A stretch of 64,000 nucleotides of DNA from contig JBQLZK010000003.1 in assembly GCA_052168235.1 (NCBI GenBank), positions 136,677 to 200,676 on the forward strand, given 5' to 3'. Below, one piece after another: positions 49,430-59,278 of the stretch. The notes under the pieces are model-generated. The model was not told the origin of the DNA. It made no database searches and was given only the letters and a program-made list of their open reading frames with translations. Every line of letters begins with the position of its first letter. Position 1 is the first letter of the stretch. The translations under genes were made by a program, and so were the position numbers. Source of the DNA: Thainema sp. Lineage in GTDB: Bacteria; Cyanobacteriota; Cyanobacteriia; Phormidesmidales; Phormidesmidaceae.

Positions 49430-51019
49430 ATGCTGAACTCTATAGATTTCAGCGGGAGACCGTTCCATTTCATCGGCATCGGTGGAATTGGAATGTCTGC
49501 TCTCGCTCATATTTTGGTTAGGTGGCAACTGCCAGTTTCTGGATCCGATGTGCGTTTGAATCACATCACTCAGCGATTACAAGATGCTGGAGCCCATATT
49601 TTTTGGAGCCAAGACGCATCCAACCTTAAGTTTTTTCAGTCAAAGTCGATAGCCGCATGGCCTGAACCGCATGCGGCAGAGCAACAAGCAAATGTGCCGC
49701 CATCAGTCAGGCAAGATGAGTCAGCAGGACGCACGGCTACGGCTACCACTTCTGTTGTTGAAGCTCCCAAAGCTGAAGCGGCTGTCCTCCAACTCCCACA
49801 GATCATTTGCTCGACTGCCATCAGCACTCAAAATCCAGAGTATCGAGCGGCAGTCGAATTGGGCTGTCCAATTTTTCATCGCTCTGATCTGCTGGCCGCA
49901 TTAATCCGCCACTATCACAGTATTGCGGTTGCCGGAACCCACGGCAAAACGACCACTAGCAGCATCATCGGTTATCTGTTGTTTCAGGCTCAATTAGATC
50001 CCACTATCGTGATTGGTGGGGAAGTAGAGGCTTGGGAAGGCAATGCCCGACTTGGTGATGGAGAACACCTTGTCGCTGAGGCAGATGAATCTGACGGATC
50101 GCTTGTGAAGCTATCGGCTGCCATCGGCGTAGTCACCAATATTGAACTCGATCACCCCGACCACTATCACAGCCTTGACGATGTGATTGGTACGTTCAAA
50201 ACCTTTCGCGAAAACTGCCAAACGCTGGTTGGTTGTGTTGATTGCGACAATGTGCGATCGCACATTCCCCTAGATATTAGTTATAGCTTATCTCCCGAAG
50301 CGAAAGCGGACTACACGGCCGATAACGTGCAGTACGAAGCCGATGGCACCATCGCCCGCATTTGGGAGCGCGGCCAAATCCTCGGTTCGCTCAAGCTCAA
50401 GCTGCTGGGCCGCCACAACTTGAGTAACGCCCTTGCAGTTATCGCAGTGGGTCGCCATCTTGGTATCGATTTTCCGACCATCAATCAAGCACTGTCCACC
50501 TTCCAAGGTGCCCGACGCCGATTTGAATGTCGGGGCATCCACCACAACATCACCTTTATCGACGACTACGCTCACCATCCCAGTGAAATCAAAGCCACAT
50601 TAGCTGCTGCTCGGCAGCAAGTCCAGGCCACGATTCCCCCCTCCTCTAATACTGTTGCTGACACGGCTGAACAGCGGCGAATTATTGCTGTTTTTCAGCC
50701 CCATCGCTATAGCCGCACCCGTGCTTTACTGGATGAATTTGCCAGTGCTTTTACGGATGCGGATAGCGTTGTCTTAACAGACATTTACAGTGCGGGTGAA
50801 GTGAATACAACTCACATTACTGGGGAACATTTAGCAGAGAAAGTCGCTGAGCACCATGCTCAGGTGGCTTATCATGCCCCACTTGAAGGGGTGTATCAAT
50901 GTTTAACCGAAATTCTCCGTCCAGGGGATGTGGTTTTATTCTTAGGGGCAGGTAATCTGAACCAGATGATCCCTGACGTGATGGAATACTATGCGGGGCT
51001 AGACGCTCAGTCGGTTTGA
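49430..51019 (+). CDS. murC: UDP-N-acetylmuramate--L-alanine ligase
   Basis: HFIGIGGIGMSALA, AGTHGKTTTS, AEADESDGS, DDYAHHPSEI, FQPHRYSR, LGAGN. Confidence 0.97.
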   Translation: MLNSIDFSGRPFHFIGIGGIGMSALAHILVRWQLPVSGSDVRLNHITQRLQDAGAHIFWSQDASNLKFFQSKSIAAWPEPHAAEQQANVPPSVRQDESAGRTATATTSVVEAPKAEAAVLQLPQIICSTAISTQNPEYRAAVELGCPIFHRSDLLAALIRHYHSIAVAGTHGKTTTSSIIGYLLFQAQLDPTIVIGGEVEAWEGNARLGDGEHLVAEADESDGSLVKLSAAIGVVTNIELDHPDHYHSLDDVIGTFKTFRENCQTLVGCVDCDNVRSHIPLDISYSLSPEAKADYTADNVQYEADGTIARIWERGQILGSLKLKLLGRHNLSNALAVIAVGRHLGIDFPTINQALSTFQGARRRFECRGIHHNITFIDDYAHHPSEIKATLAAARQQVQATIPPSSNTVADTAEQRRIIAVFQPHRYSRTRALLDEFASAFTDADSVVLTDIYSAGEVNTTHITGEHLAEKVAEHHAQVAYHAPLEGVYQCLTEILRPGDVVLFLGAGNLNQMIPDVMEYYAGLDAQSV

Positions 51020-51277
51020 GAATCTGTCATTCAATCCGAATTCAATCCGATGATTTTCTTGATGAAGTCTGGCTAGTTCGATTAACAGGTTAGAAAGCCT
51101 TGATTAACAGCAGTCATATTGCCAATATCAGTTGTGAATGACAACTGTAGAGGCAGTTTAGGTGACGTGCTGGTTTGCAGATTGGCTCACATTCATAACC
51201 TATGAGACATTTGCTACCGCTATCGAGATTTCTGCTCATCGTCGCGATTTTTCACAGAAGAAGCAGTAATAAATACT

Positions 51278-52333
51278 ATGACACTCTCGTTTAATCCTCC
51301 TGATTCTCGTTCGTCTGCCAAATCGGCTGGCAAATCTCCGACCTCTAGCCCTACTGCATCTAGTCCGATTAACGGTACAGAATCCCGCTTCAGCTCTGCA
51401 CCAGCGATAACGGCTTCGTCACCTGCTGCCCCCCATATTCCCGGTACTCATTGTGAACTGCGATCGCAAGTATCGCTGGCGGGGCTCACCTCTTTACGGA
51501 TTGGGGGGCCAGCCGAATGGTACTTATCCCCGCGTCGGTTAGACGATGTTCAGGCCGGGATTATCTGGGCCCGTGAACAGCAAATTCCAATCACCTTTTT
51601 AGGCGCAGGTTCAAATCTGCTCATTAGCGATCGCGGCTTGCCTGGACTGGTGATTGGCATGCGGCACTTACGCGATATTTCGTTTGATCCCGAAACAGGG
51701 CAGGTGACCGCTAGCGCTGGAGTTCCAATTGCGCGGCTGGCTTGGCAAGCCGCTGAGCGCGGCTGGCGAGGGTTGGAGTGGGCCGTTGGCATCCCCGGCA
51801 CGGTTGGTGGTGCGGTGGTGATGAATGCAGGTGCTCACGGTGCTGAAACCGCCAACATCTTGGTGCATACCCATGTCATTCAGCCGGACAATCAAATGAC
51901 TGTTCTGCTGCCTGACGAATTGGGCTTCCGCTATCGTACCTCTAGCCTGCAGGGACAGCAGCAGCTTGTCACCCAAGCAACGTTTCAGCTGCGGCCAGGA
52001 TTTGATCCCCAAGCGGTTCTGAAAGACACAACGGAGGATCTCAACCAGCGACGCACCGCACAGCCCTATCATTTGCCGAGCTGTGGCAGCGTTTTTCGCA
52101 ATCCGGGGTCACAAGCCGCTGGCTGGTTTGTCGAAAAAACAGGGCTGAAAGGATATCAACTGGGCCAAGCACAGGTGGCTCAGCAACACGCCAACTTTAT
52201 TTTGAATTTGGGCGGCGCAACCGCTGCTGATGTCTTTCGGCTAATTTCTCATATTCAGGAACAGGTGGAGCAACGCTGGTCTGTACAGCTCAAGCCGGAA
52301 GTTAAAATGTTAGGCGATTTCTCCATTGCCTAG
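51278..52333 (+). CDS. murB: UDP-N-acetylenolpyruvoylglucosamine reductase
   Basis: RIGGPA, LGAGSNLL, GIPGTVGGAVVMNAGA, PSCGSVFRNP, HANFILN, LKPEV. Confidence 0.97.
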   Translation: MTLSFNPPDSRSSAKSAGKSPTSSPTASSPINGTESRFSSAPAITASSPAAPHIPGTHCELRSQVSLAGLTSLRIGGPAEWYLSPRRLDDVQAGIIWAREQQIPITFLGAGSNLLISDRGLPGLVIGMRHLRDISFDPETGQVTASAGVPIARLAWQAAERGWRGLEWAVGIPGTVGGAVVMNAGAHGAETANILVHTHVIQPDNQMTVLLPDELGFRYRTSSLQGQQQLVTQATFQLRPGFDPQAVLKDTTEDLNQRRTAQPYHLPSCGSVFRNPGSQAAGWFVEKTGLKGYQLGQAQVAQQHANFILNLGGATAADVFRLISHIQEQVEQRWSVQLKPEVKMLGDFSIA

Positions 52334-52462
52334 AAACAGTATACGGAAAGCGGTGTACCTACACTAAAGCCGAGAAGGCAGAATTCGACGTGTTGTTCTG
52401 AAAGGCTTACTGTAATATTGAGTAGTTTCGTAATCCGTGGTCACATTTAGAGATAATCACTT

Positions 52463-52807
52463 ATGACAAAAGGGCAAGGATTTGGCTTCGGCATGGGCAA
52501 GATGAAAGAACTTGCTGATGCATTTAAAAAGGCACAGCAGGTTCAAGAAGGTGCCAAGAAGCTGCAAGAAGAACTCGAAATGATGGAGATCGAAGGTGAA
52601 GCGGGGGGCGGCCTCGTTAAGGTTGTGCTCAGCGGCAACCAAGAGCCTCGCAACGTCACGATTTCTCCAGACGCTCTCTCTGAGGGGGCTGAAGTCCTGT
52701 CGGATTTAGTTACTGCTGCTATGAAAGATGCCTATGACAAATCCACGGCAACCATGCGGGAGCGGATGGAAGAATTGACAGGTGGGCTGAATTTACCTGG
52801 TCTGTAG
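52463..52807 (+). CDS. YbaB/EbfC nucleoid-associated protein
   Basis: KKAQQVQ...LQEEL...[14 protein letters not shown]...DLVTAA.KDA...[11 protein letters not shown]. Confidence 0.93.
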   Translation: MTKGQGFGFGMGKMKELADAFKKAQQVQEGAKKLQEELEMMEIEGEAGGGLVKVVLSGNQEPRNVTISPDALSEGAEVLSDLVTAAMKDAYDKSTATMRERMEELTGGLNLPGL

Positions 52808-52829
52808 TTGAAATTAGCGGCATAAAAAC

Positions 52830-52880
52830 TAGCGAGACAAAAGAAGGCCTGGCAGTGCCAGGCCTTCTTTTGTCTCGCTA
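52830..52880. terminator. Perfect 25-bp-arm palindrome / bidirectional terminator
   Basis: tagcgagacaaaagaaggcctggca-g-tgccaggccttcttttgtctcgcta. Confidence 0.8.
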
Positions 52881-52896
52881 TTGGTATTGGAGGGGA

Positions 52897-54294
52897 TTAC
52901 TGATTGGACTGGTTAAACGGGATCGGCTCGATGGTTTGAGTTTCCACTACGGCATCGTATAGCCGACTAGCCAGGCGTTCACGAGCTTCTTTTGTGAGAT
53001 GAATTGGGCTTTGGAAAGTCATCTCCTCAGGTTCAGATGCGTAAAGAGTATACAAGTTTAGTGCACGCGACTGGGGTAGCTCTTTGCGGATTTGGCTAGC
53101 CGCAGCGGCTAATGCCTCATAACCTGTAGCAATTCGTTCCTGATAGGTAGAACCCAAAACGGAAACAATTTCTCGTTCCTGCTCAGTCAAGCTTTCGGCT
53201 TGACGTCCAGTGATTTCGGGCTGGAGCGCAATGATGAACGGGATATTGGCGTTGGTCGTAATTCTGGCCATTTCGCGCAGATGACGCTGATAGCGCTGGA
53301 TGCGCGATCGCAACTCAGTTTCATCTGCTGCCAACTGATCGGCCAACGCTTCATCATGATTGGGGGTAATCAGTCGAATCGGGGCCGGTTTCTGCTGAGG
53401 CTGGATAATCCAATAGTGAATGGCTCGAATCAGATAGGACTGCCTAAAGAATCCCTTGACCTGCTGCATCACATCCGTGGTGAAGTGTTTGAAGGAGTTG
53501 GTCATGAACGGTTCTAGTCCCGGAATCTCAGCCGCTTCGTAAGAACTGGGCAAGAGCAAATCAGCATAGCCGTGCAGGGCAATCACAATGTCCGGCTTAT
53601 AGGCCATGACATCTTGGGTCAATCGCGCCAATTCGTTGCCAGAGGCATATCCAGGCACGGCAGCATTAATTACGCGATACTGGCCGCCAGTAATGCGCGG
53701 CTGGCGGGCTAGTGCCTGTTCTGTCAGATCCAGACGGAACGGCAGCACCTCTGGCTGAAACTGATCGGGTTGCGAATTCTGGAGCGCGATGCGGCCATTG
53801 AGCAGTTCTTCTAAGCGATTGCTGAGGATTGCCTGGTTATTATCGCTCAGCTCATCGAATGCCGCTGATCCCCCTAGGATGACGATGCGAATTTCATTGG
53901 CCGCTTTATCTACCGTGATGGGTTCATCATCTCGAAATGTTTGGGCATTGATTGTCCAATACTCATTTTGCTGATCGGGTAGCAGCCGATAGCCCGTTAA
54001 CGGGCTGTAGGTCGCTTTCAGTTGCCCCGTATTCGGCAAACCGTCATAATGCTGCTGGTCATTACTGAGAAACTGCAGCCGATAGGCCGAAATGTGAGCT
54101 GGTTCGCCTTGATAGCTGCTCAGCGCACCGCCAAAGCCGCCTAAACCCGAGATCGCACGCAGCAAGAGTTCGGCAGCAACGACAACCGCAATTGCGATCG
54201 CAATCCAAGCCGCAGGACGTAATGGCCTGGACTTACGCCGACTGGAGCGGCCATAAATGGATTTTCCGAATGTGCTACGCCGACGCCTAAACAT
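52897..54294 (-). CDS. Membrane-anchored SGNH/GDSL-like hydrolase
   Basis: Basic N-terminus plus TM; RIVILGGSAAF (block I), VINAAVPGYAS (block II), PDIVI, IHLT (block V). Confidence 0.8.
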   Translation of the reverse strand: MFRRRRSTFGKSIYGRSSRRKSRPLRPAAWIAIAIAVVVAAELLLRAISGLGGFGGALSSYQGEPAHISAYRLQFLSNDQQHYDGLPNTGQLKATYSPLTGYRLLPDQQNEYWTINAQTFRDDEPITVDKAANEIRIVILGGSAAFDELSDNNQAILSNRLEELLNGRIALQNSQPDQFQPEVLPFRLDLTEQALARQPRITGGQYRVINAAVPGYASGNELARLTQDVMAYKPDIVIALHGYADLLLPSSYEAAEIPGLEPFMTNSFKHFTTDVMQQVKGFFRQSYLIRAIHYWIIQPQQKPAPIRLITPNHDEALADQLAADETELRSRIQRYQRHLREMARITTNANIPFIIALQPEITGRQAESLTEQEREIVSVLGSTYQERIATGYEALAAAASQIRKELPQSRALNLYTLYASEPEEMTFQSPIHLTKEARERLASRLYDAVVETQTIEPIPFNQSNQ

Positions 54295-54653
54295 CAACTG
54301 TTTCCTCTCTATGCATCAAGCCACAGCCTTTACCGCTACTCTTTGGGATGGGATCAAAGGCAGGCATGAGCTTAACATGATTTGGGACGATGCTTAATAC
54401 TGGAACAGGCTAAACTGCCGGGGGTTCCCTTGCCTTGCCCATCGTCCAACGACGCACTAAACCTATCTCAGTTCCCCATTTTGATCAGATGATCTGGCCA
54501 TAGCAACCTCAAACACTTTTGTGAAAAACTGGTAGCAGTGAGTCTTCCATGAGCACAACATCAGGTTTTTCAAACGGATTTAGATGTTAACTCTTATTGA
54601 CACTCATTGACCGCAACAGTTATCGCTTACAGTCTGAAATCCACGAAATTCAC

Positions 54654-55142
54654 ATGACCTATCGCATTTTGTTCGTTTGTCTCGGCAATATTTGCCGCTC
54701 CCCCTCGGCTGAAGGCATTATGAAATATCTGATTCGCCAACATCAGCTCGATGGGCAAGTAATATGCGATTCGGCAGGGACATCGAGCTATCACATCGGC
54801 AGTCCTCCGGATCGACGGATGCGCGCTGCAGCCCAGCGTCAGGGAATTGAACTCAAGGGGGAAGCACGACAGTTGGTTCCATCTGATTTCGAGCGGTTTG
54901 ATCTCATCCTGGTCATGGATCGGGAAAACTACAGCGACGTTATGGCCATCACGCGTAGTCCAGCCGATGCTGATAAGGTGCAGCTAATTTGCGAGTTTTG
55001 TCAGCACCATACTGATAAAGAAGTGCCCGATCCGTACTACGGCGGTACCGATGGCTTTGACTATGTAATTGACTTACTGCTAGATGCTTGTGAAGGGGTG
55101 CTAGTACATGCCCAGGAGCAAATGGCTAATTCTGCTCGTTAG
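54654..55142 (+). CDS. Low-molecular-weight protein-tyrosine phosphatase
   Basis: ILFVCLGNICRSPSAE, DSAGT..YHIG..PD, EVPDPYYGG..GF. Confidence 0.95.
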   Translation: MTYRILFVCLGNICRSPSAEGIMKYLIRQHQLDGQVICDSAGTSSYHIGSPPDRRMRAAAQRQGIELKGEARQLVPSDFERFDLILVMDRENYSDVMAITRSPADADKVQLICEFCQHHTDKEVPDPYYGGTDGFDYVIDLLLDACEGVLVHAQEQMANSAR

Positions 55143-55414
55143 GTAGGTCTAATGGGCAGCTAGTGAGGCCATATAGATTTAATCGTAGTGGTATACAGGT
55201 AATGATTTTCAGACCTTTTGAGGACACCGATTTAATCCGGCAGTATAGCCCAACGTATCGCACTGTTATCCCAGTTGGAATGGAGGAAATCGGCAGTGCG
55301 AATCAGAAACCCAACGAAAATTACAGATTTAATCCGGGTCATTTACTCAATTAGGAGTTGTAATTCCCGCAGTTTTCCTACAGAATATGGAGCGAGTAAG
55401 CGTAAACAAATGTT

Positions 55415-56383
55415 ATGCGGATACTGGCCCTTGTTCCCGGCGGCATTACTGAGCAGCTTCTGTTTTTCCCAACTCTAGAAACGCTCAAGCGATCGCTGCC
55501 CAATGCAGAAATTGATGTTGTGGTCGAACCTCGTGCGAAAAGCGCCTACGAGGTTTGCAAGTATGTTAACCAGATTATTCCCTTCGACTTTGTCGATCGA
55601 AATAGCCTCTCCGACTGGGCTAACTTGTTGGGGATCGCTCGCGATCGCACACACGATGCGTCGATTATGGCTGGCGGTGGCTGGGGCGTTGGCCTATTGC
55701 TCTGGCTGACGGGCAGCCCAGTTCGAGTAGGTTATGCTGGCGGCAGTAACCAGCTTTTTTTGACCCACAAAGTTCCGTTGAAACCTGAGCAGTATCTGGC
55801 CCATCAGTACCATGACTTGCTCCAGGGATTAAATATTTCCTCGATCGCCTGTCCAGAAATTGATATCACCATTGCCAAGCGACATATTGACTGGGCCGAA
55901 GCCCAACAGCAACAGCTGGGCATCAAGGATACGGGCTATGTAATGATTTACGGCGGCTCCAATCAGGCATCCTTAGCATCGCTGGATGCGGGTGAGCAGT
56001 ATCCGGTTGAGTATTGGCAGGAAATCATTGCCAGCTTTAAAGAAAAGCAGCCCGATATTCCGGTTGTGGTTGCAGAATGGGCAGGGAACGCTACGTTTGT
56101 TTCCGCATTGAGTCAGGTCTGCCCGGACATAAAGGTTGTCCGGCCAAGTTCACTCCGTCGTCTAGCGGCGATGATTGCTGGCGCAAACCTGCTGCTCTGT
56201 CCGGCTAGCGTGCCGATGCAGCTGGGCGTAGCCTTGAAGGTCTACACCCTGGCGCTATTTGGTGAGGCTGACCCGAAGAAGCTGCTGCCGGAAAGCGAGC
56301 GGTTCATAGGAATTCAGTCACCGTCAAATACCGTTACTGATATTCGACCATCAACTATTCTGGAAAAAGTCTGGGGTGGCTAG
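55415..56383 (+). CDS. Glycosyltransferase family 9 (heptosyltransferase-like)
   Basis: MRILALVPGGI.EQLLFFP.L..LK...P.AEIDVV; LAAMIAGANLL; TLALFG. GT-B fold. Confidence 0.85.
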   Translation: MRILALVPGGITEQLLFFPTLETLKRSLPNAEIDVVVEPRAKSAYEVCKYVNQIIPFDFVDRNSLSDWANLLGIARDRTHDASIMAGGGWGVGLLLWLTGSPVRVGYAGGSNQLFLTHKVPLKPEQYLAHQYHDLLQGLNISSIACPEIDITIAKRHIDWAEAQQQQLGIKDTGYVMIYGGSNQASLASLDAGEQYPVEYWQEIIASFKEKQPDIPVVVAEWAGNATFVSALSQVCPDIKVVRPSSLRRLAAMIAGANLLLCPASVPMQLGVALKVYTLALFGEADPKKLLPESERFIGIQSPSNTVTDIRPSTILEKVWGG

Positions 56384-56401
56384 CGGCTGCAACTGCGGCT
56401 T

Positions 56402-57154
56402 TCATGCCAGTAGCTGCAAATCCGCTAAGCCCAGATATTGAATGCCTTGAGGTGAGACAGCAAAGCGGCAGGGGAGGATTTCTACACCCTGCGCGATCGC
56501 ACGTCTCAATAATCGACCATATTCCGGGTCAACAGCATCCCCTGGGGCAAAGTGGGTGCAGTCACCTCGATTAATGAAATAAAGCATCACGGCACGGGCT
56601 TCAGGCAGTAATGCTGTCAGCTCCTTCAGGTGCTTCTGGCCGCGCGTGGTGACGGTATCGGGAAAGATAGCCAGCGTTTGGTTGGCCCAGGTCGTATTCT
56701 TCACCTCAACGTAGATGGGCGGTACGGTTTCATCCTGAGACTGGAGCAGAAAATCAATTCGACTTTTGCGATCGCACCCATAAACCACTTCGGGTCGAAT
56801 TAGATCGTACTCGCCTAGCTCTGGAATCAACTGCTGCTCCAGAACGGACTTGATGACACGATTGGGCAATCCGGTGTTCACGCCCACCCAAGTCGGCTCA
56901 TTATCTTCAACTTCGATTAGTTCCCACGTGTAGGCCAGCTTGCGCTTGGGATTGTCACTCTGGGAGACATAGACTCGGCTGCCCAGCGTACAAACTCCCG
57001 TCATGGGGCCAGTATTGGGACAGTGGGCGGTAATCACTTCGCCGGAATCCAGCTCAATATCGGCAAAAAAGCGCTTATACCGCTTAATTAGAATGCCTGG
57101 TTGCAGAGACGGATAGGAATAGATCCAGGTTTGAGTGGGAAGCGCTTGCGTCAT
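56402..57154 (-). CDS. sfsA: DNA/RNA nuclease SfsA
   Basis: RYKRFFAD, AHCPNTGPM, SRIDFLL, YVEVKN, FPDTVTTRGQKHL.EL. Confidence 0.96.
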   Translation of the reverse strand: MTQALPTQTWIYSYPSLQPGILIKRYKRFFADIELDSGEVITAHCPNTGPMTGVCTLGSRVYVSQSDNPKRKLAYTWELIEVEDNEPTWVGVNTGLPNRVIKSVLEQQLIPELGEYDLIRPEVVYGCDRKSRIDFLLQSQDETVPPIYVEVKNTTWANQTLAIFPDTVTTRGQKHLKELTALLPEARAVMLYFINRGDCTHFAPGDAVDPEYGRLLRRAIAQGVEILPCRFAVSPQGIQYLGLADLQLLA

Positions 57155-57223
57155 GTCGATACCTCTTGATCCAATTCGCGATTAAATGGGTAATGTTTGT
57201 TTTTGTGGCAACCGTAGCAGGCT

Positions 57224-58855
57224 GTGGCTGATTCTCCCAAAGCTGATTCGTCTAAACCCACCCGTTCCCTGGCTAGCATTGCCGGGATTGTTGCGATCTC
57301 AACTCTACTAAGTAAGGTATTTGGCCTCTTTCGTCAACAAGCGATCGCGGCGGCCTTTGGGGTTGGCCCCGCTGTCGATGCGTACAGTTACGCCTATGTG
57401 ATTCCCGGTTTCCTGCTGGTGCTGCTGGGCGGCATCAACGGCCCCTTCCACAGCGCCATCGTCAGCGTGATCGCCAAGCGTAAGAGGGAAGACATTGCGC
57501 CGCTGGTGGAAACCATTTCTACGCTGGTGGGACTGGTGCTGCTAGTTGCCACCGTCGGCATTGTCGTCCTCGCACCGCTGCTGATTGATCTGGTTGCGCC
57601 CGGTTTGAGTACCACCGATGTGGGACTGGAGACCCGTGCGATCGCAATTCAGCAGTTACGCATCATGGCTCCGATGGCGCTGCTGGCGGGACTGATCGGC
57701 ATTGGCTTTGGCACGCTCAATGCGGCGGATCAGTACTGGTTACCGTCGATTAGTCCGCTGTTTTCCAGTGCGACAGTTCTGATCGGTTTAGGCGTTTTGG
57801 CACTAAGCTTGGGTCGCCAGATGACGGCACCGGAATATGCGCTGCTGGGCGGTTTGGTACTGGCCTGGAGTACGTTAGCTGGAGCGTTTTTACAGTGGCT
57901 GGCTCAAGTCCCGGCCCAGTGGAAATCTGGGTTAGGTCGTCCTCGTTTACGATTCGGATTCCGCCAGGAAGGAGTACGGGAAGTCTTCAAGATCCTGGGG
58001 CCAGCGACATTTTCGTCGGGCATGATGCAGATTAATGTTTATACCGACCTGTTTTTTGCGTCGGGCATTCCGGGAGCAGCAGCAGCATTGGGCTACGCCA
58101 ACCTACTCGTACAGACTCCTTTGGGCATCATTTCCAATGTCATCCTGGTGCCGATGCTGCCCGTGTTCTCGCGCTTGGCTGACCCGCAGGACTGGCCTGC
58201 ACTGAAGCAGCGAATTCGTCAGGGCATGATGCTGACGGCGCTGACGATGCTGCCGATGAGCGCGCTATTTGTGGTGCTGGCCTATCCGATTGTGCAGGTC
58301 GTTTACGAACGCTTTGCCTTTGGCGAAGATGCCGTGCAGACGGTGACGGCGGTGCTGATTGCCTACGGGATTGGCATGTTTGTCTACCTGGGTCGGGATG
58401 TGCTGGTGCGGGTGTTTTATGCGCTGGGCGATGGCGATACGCCGTTTCGGGTGAGTGTGGTCAATATTTTTCTGAATGCGCTGCTGGATTTTGTGCTGGT
58501 AAAGCCGTTTGGGGCACCGGGTTTAGTCCTCGCAACGGTGGGCGTGAATTTAGTCTCGATGGTGGTGTTTTTGGTGCTGCTGGATCGGCGGCTGGGCGGA
58601 TTTCCCTGGCTGGAGTGGAGCCGTCCGTTTGGGGTGCTGGTGGTGAGTAGTGCGATCGCAGGTTTGATTAGCTGGCTAGCCCTGCGCGGTAGCGAGATTG
58701 TGTTGGGAACGGAAGGGTTCTTGATTCGCCTGCTGGAGCTATGTATCGCAGGTGGTTTGGGACTACTGGCGTTTGGGGGATTGGCGCTGCTGTTTAGGAT
58801 TCCGGAGATGCAGGTTTTGATTGAGCGCCTGCGCCAAAAGGTTTTACGGCGATAA
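57224..58855 (+). CDS. murJ: Lipid II flippase MurJ (MviN)
   Basis: LSKVFGLFRQQAIAAAFGVG, GGINGPFHSA, SSGMMQIN, YERFAF, RVFYALGD; multiple TM segments. Confidence 0.95.
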   Translation: MADSPKADSSKPTRSLASIAGIVAISTLLSKVFGLFRQQAIAAAFGVGPAVDAYSYAYVIPGFLLVLLGGINGPFHSAIVSVIAKRKREDIAPLVETISTLVGLVLLVATVGIVVLAPLLIDLVAPGLSTTDVGLETRAIAIQQLRIMAPMALLAGLIGIGFGTLNAADQYWLPSISPLFSSATVLIGLGVLALSLGRQMTAPEYALLGGLVLAWSTLAGAFLQWLAQVPAQWKSGLGRPRLRFGFRQEGVREVFKILGPATFSSGMMQINVYTDLFFASGIPGAAAALGYANLLVQTPLGIISNVILVPMLPVFSRLADPQDWPALKQRIRQGMMLTALTMLPMSALFVVLAYPIVQVVYERFAFGEDAVQTVTAVLIAYGIGMFVYLGRDVLVRVFYALGDGDTPFRVSVVNIFLNALLDFVLVKPFGAPGLVLATVGVNLVSMVVFLVLLDRRLGGFPWLEWSRPFGVLVVSSAIAGLISWLALRGSEIVLGTEGFLIRLLELCIAGGLGLLAFGGLALLFRIPEMQVLIERLRQKVLRR

Positions 58856-58858
58856 TCG

Positions 58859-58884
58859 CTAATCTAAAATCCAAAATCCAAAAT
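58859..58884. repeat. STRR-like heptamer repeat (CCAAAAT)
   Basis: aatctaaaatccaaaatccaaaat. Confidence 0.6.
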
Positions 58885-58943
58885 TACATGTGCCATCCTC
58901 CTGTTTTTTCTATTTTTTAGTTGAGTGATTGGAGGTTGCTTCT

Positions 58944-59012
58944 GAGGGGACTAGCCCCCTCAGACTCCCCCACTGGTGCGTGCCGTCGCCCCAGGCCCCC
59001 ACGGACGAGGTG
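58944..59012. repeat. GC-rich small dispersed repeat-like element
   Basis: gagggggactagccccctcagactccccc...ccccaggccccc hairpin with C-runs; single copy in the window. Confidence 0.45.
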
Positions 59013-59278
59013 ATCGGTGGGTGATGTTTAATCGCTTCGCTTTGCTGGGGTGGATCGGGTGTTGGTTGTAAGTTTTTAGGCTGTTCCCAGAGTTTTCTCA
59101 GCCGAAACTCAGGCAGGGTGAGTTTAATCGAGTGAGTTGAAGGTTATCGGGCTGACAATTTCAGTGACAATTTCAGCAAATTGATAGCCGACTATCTCTA
59201 AACAAATCGTCTACAGTTGAAACGTTTGCGTTGCACTGGGTTGCAATGTTTAGTAGAACGCTCGACTAAGGAAAACTC

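Noticed and set aside
49640..49795. ~50-aa insertion in MurC as a possible intein or mobile insert
   Set aside because: Low-complexity Ala/Pro/Thr loop without intein terminal motifs; variable inserts at this position are, as I recall, usual in cyanobacterial MurC.
54300..54600. Possible ncRNA or riboswitch in long intergenic regions (also 24900-25340, 62720-63200)
   Set aside because: No recognizable tRNA, riboswitch or known cyanobacterial ncRNA motif by eye; an Infernal/Rfam scan would be needed.
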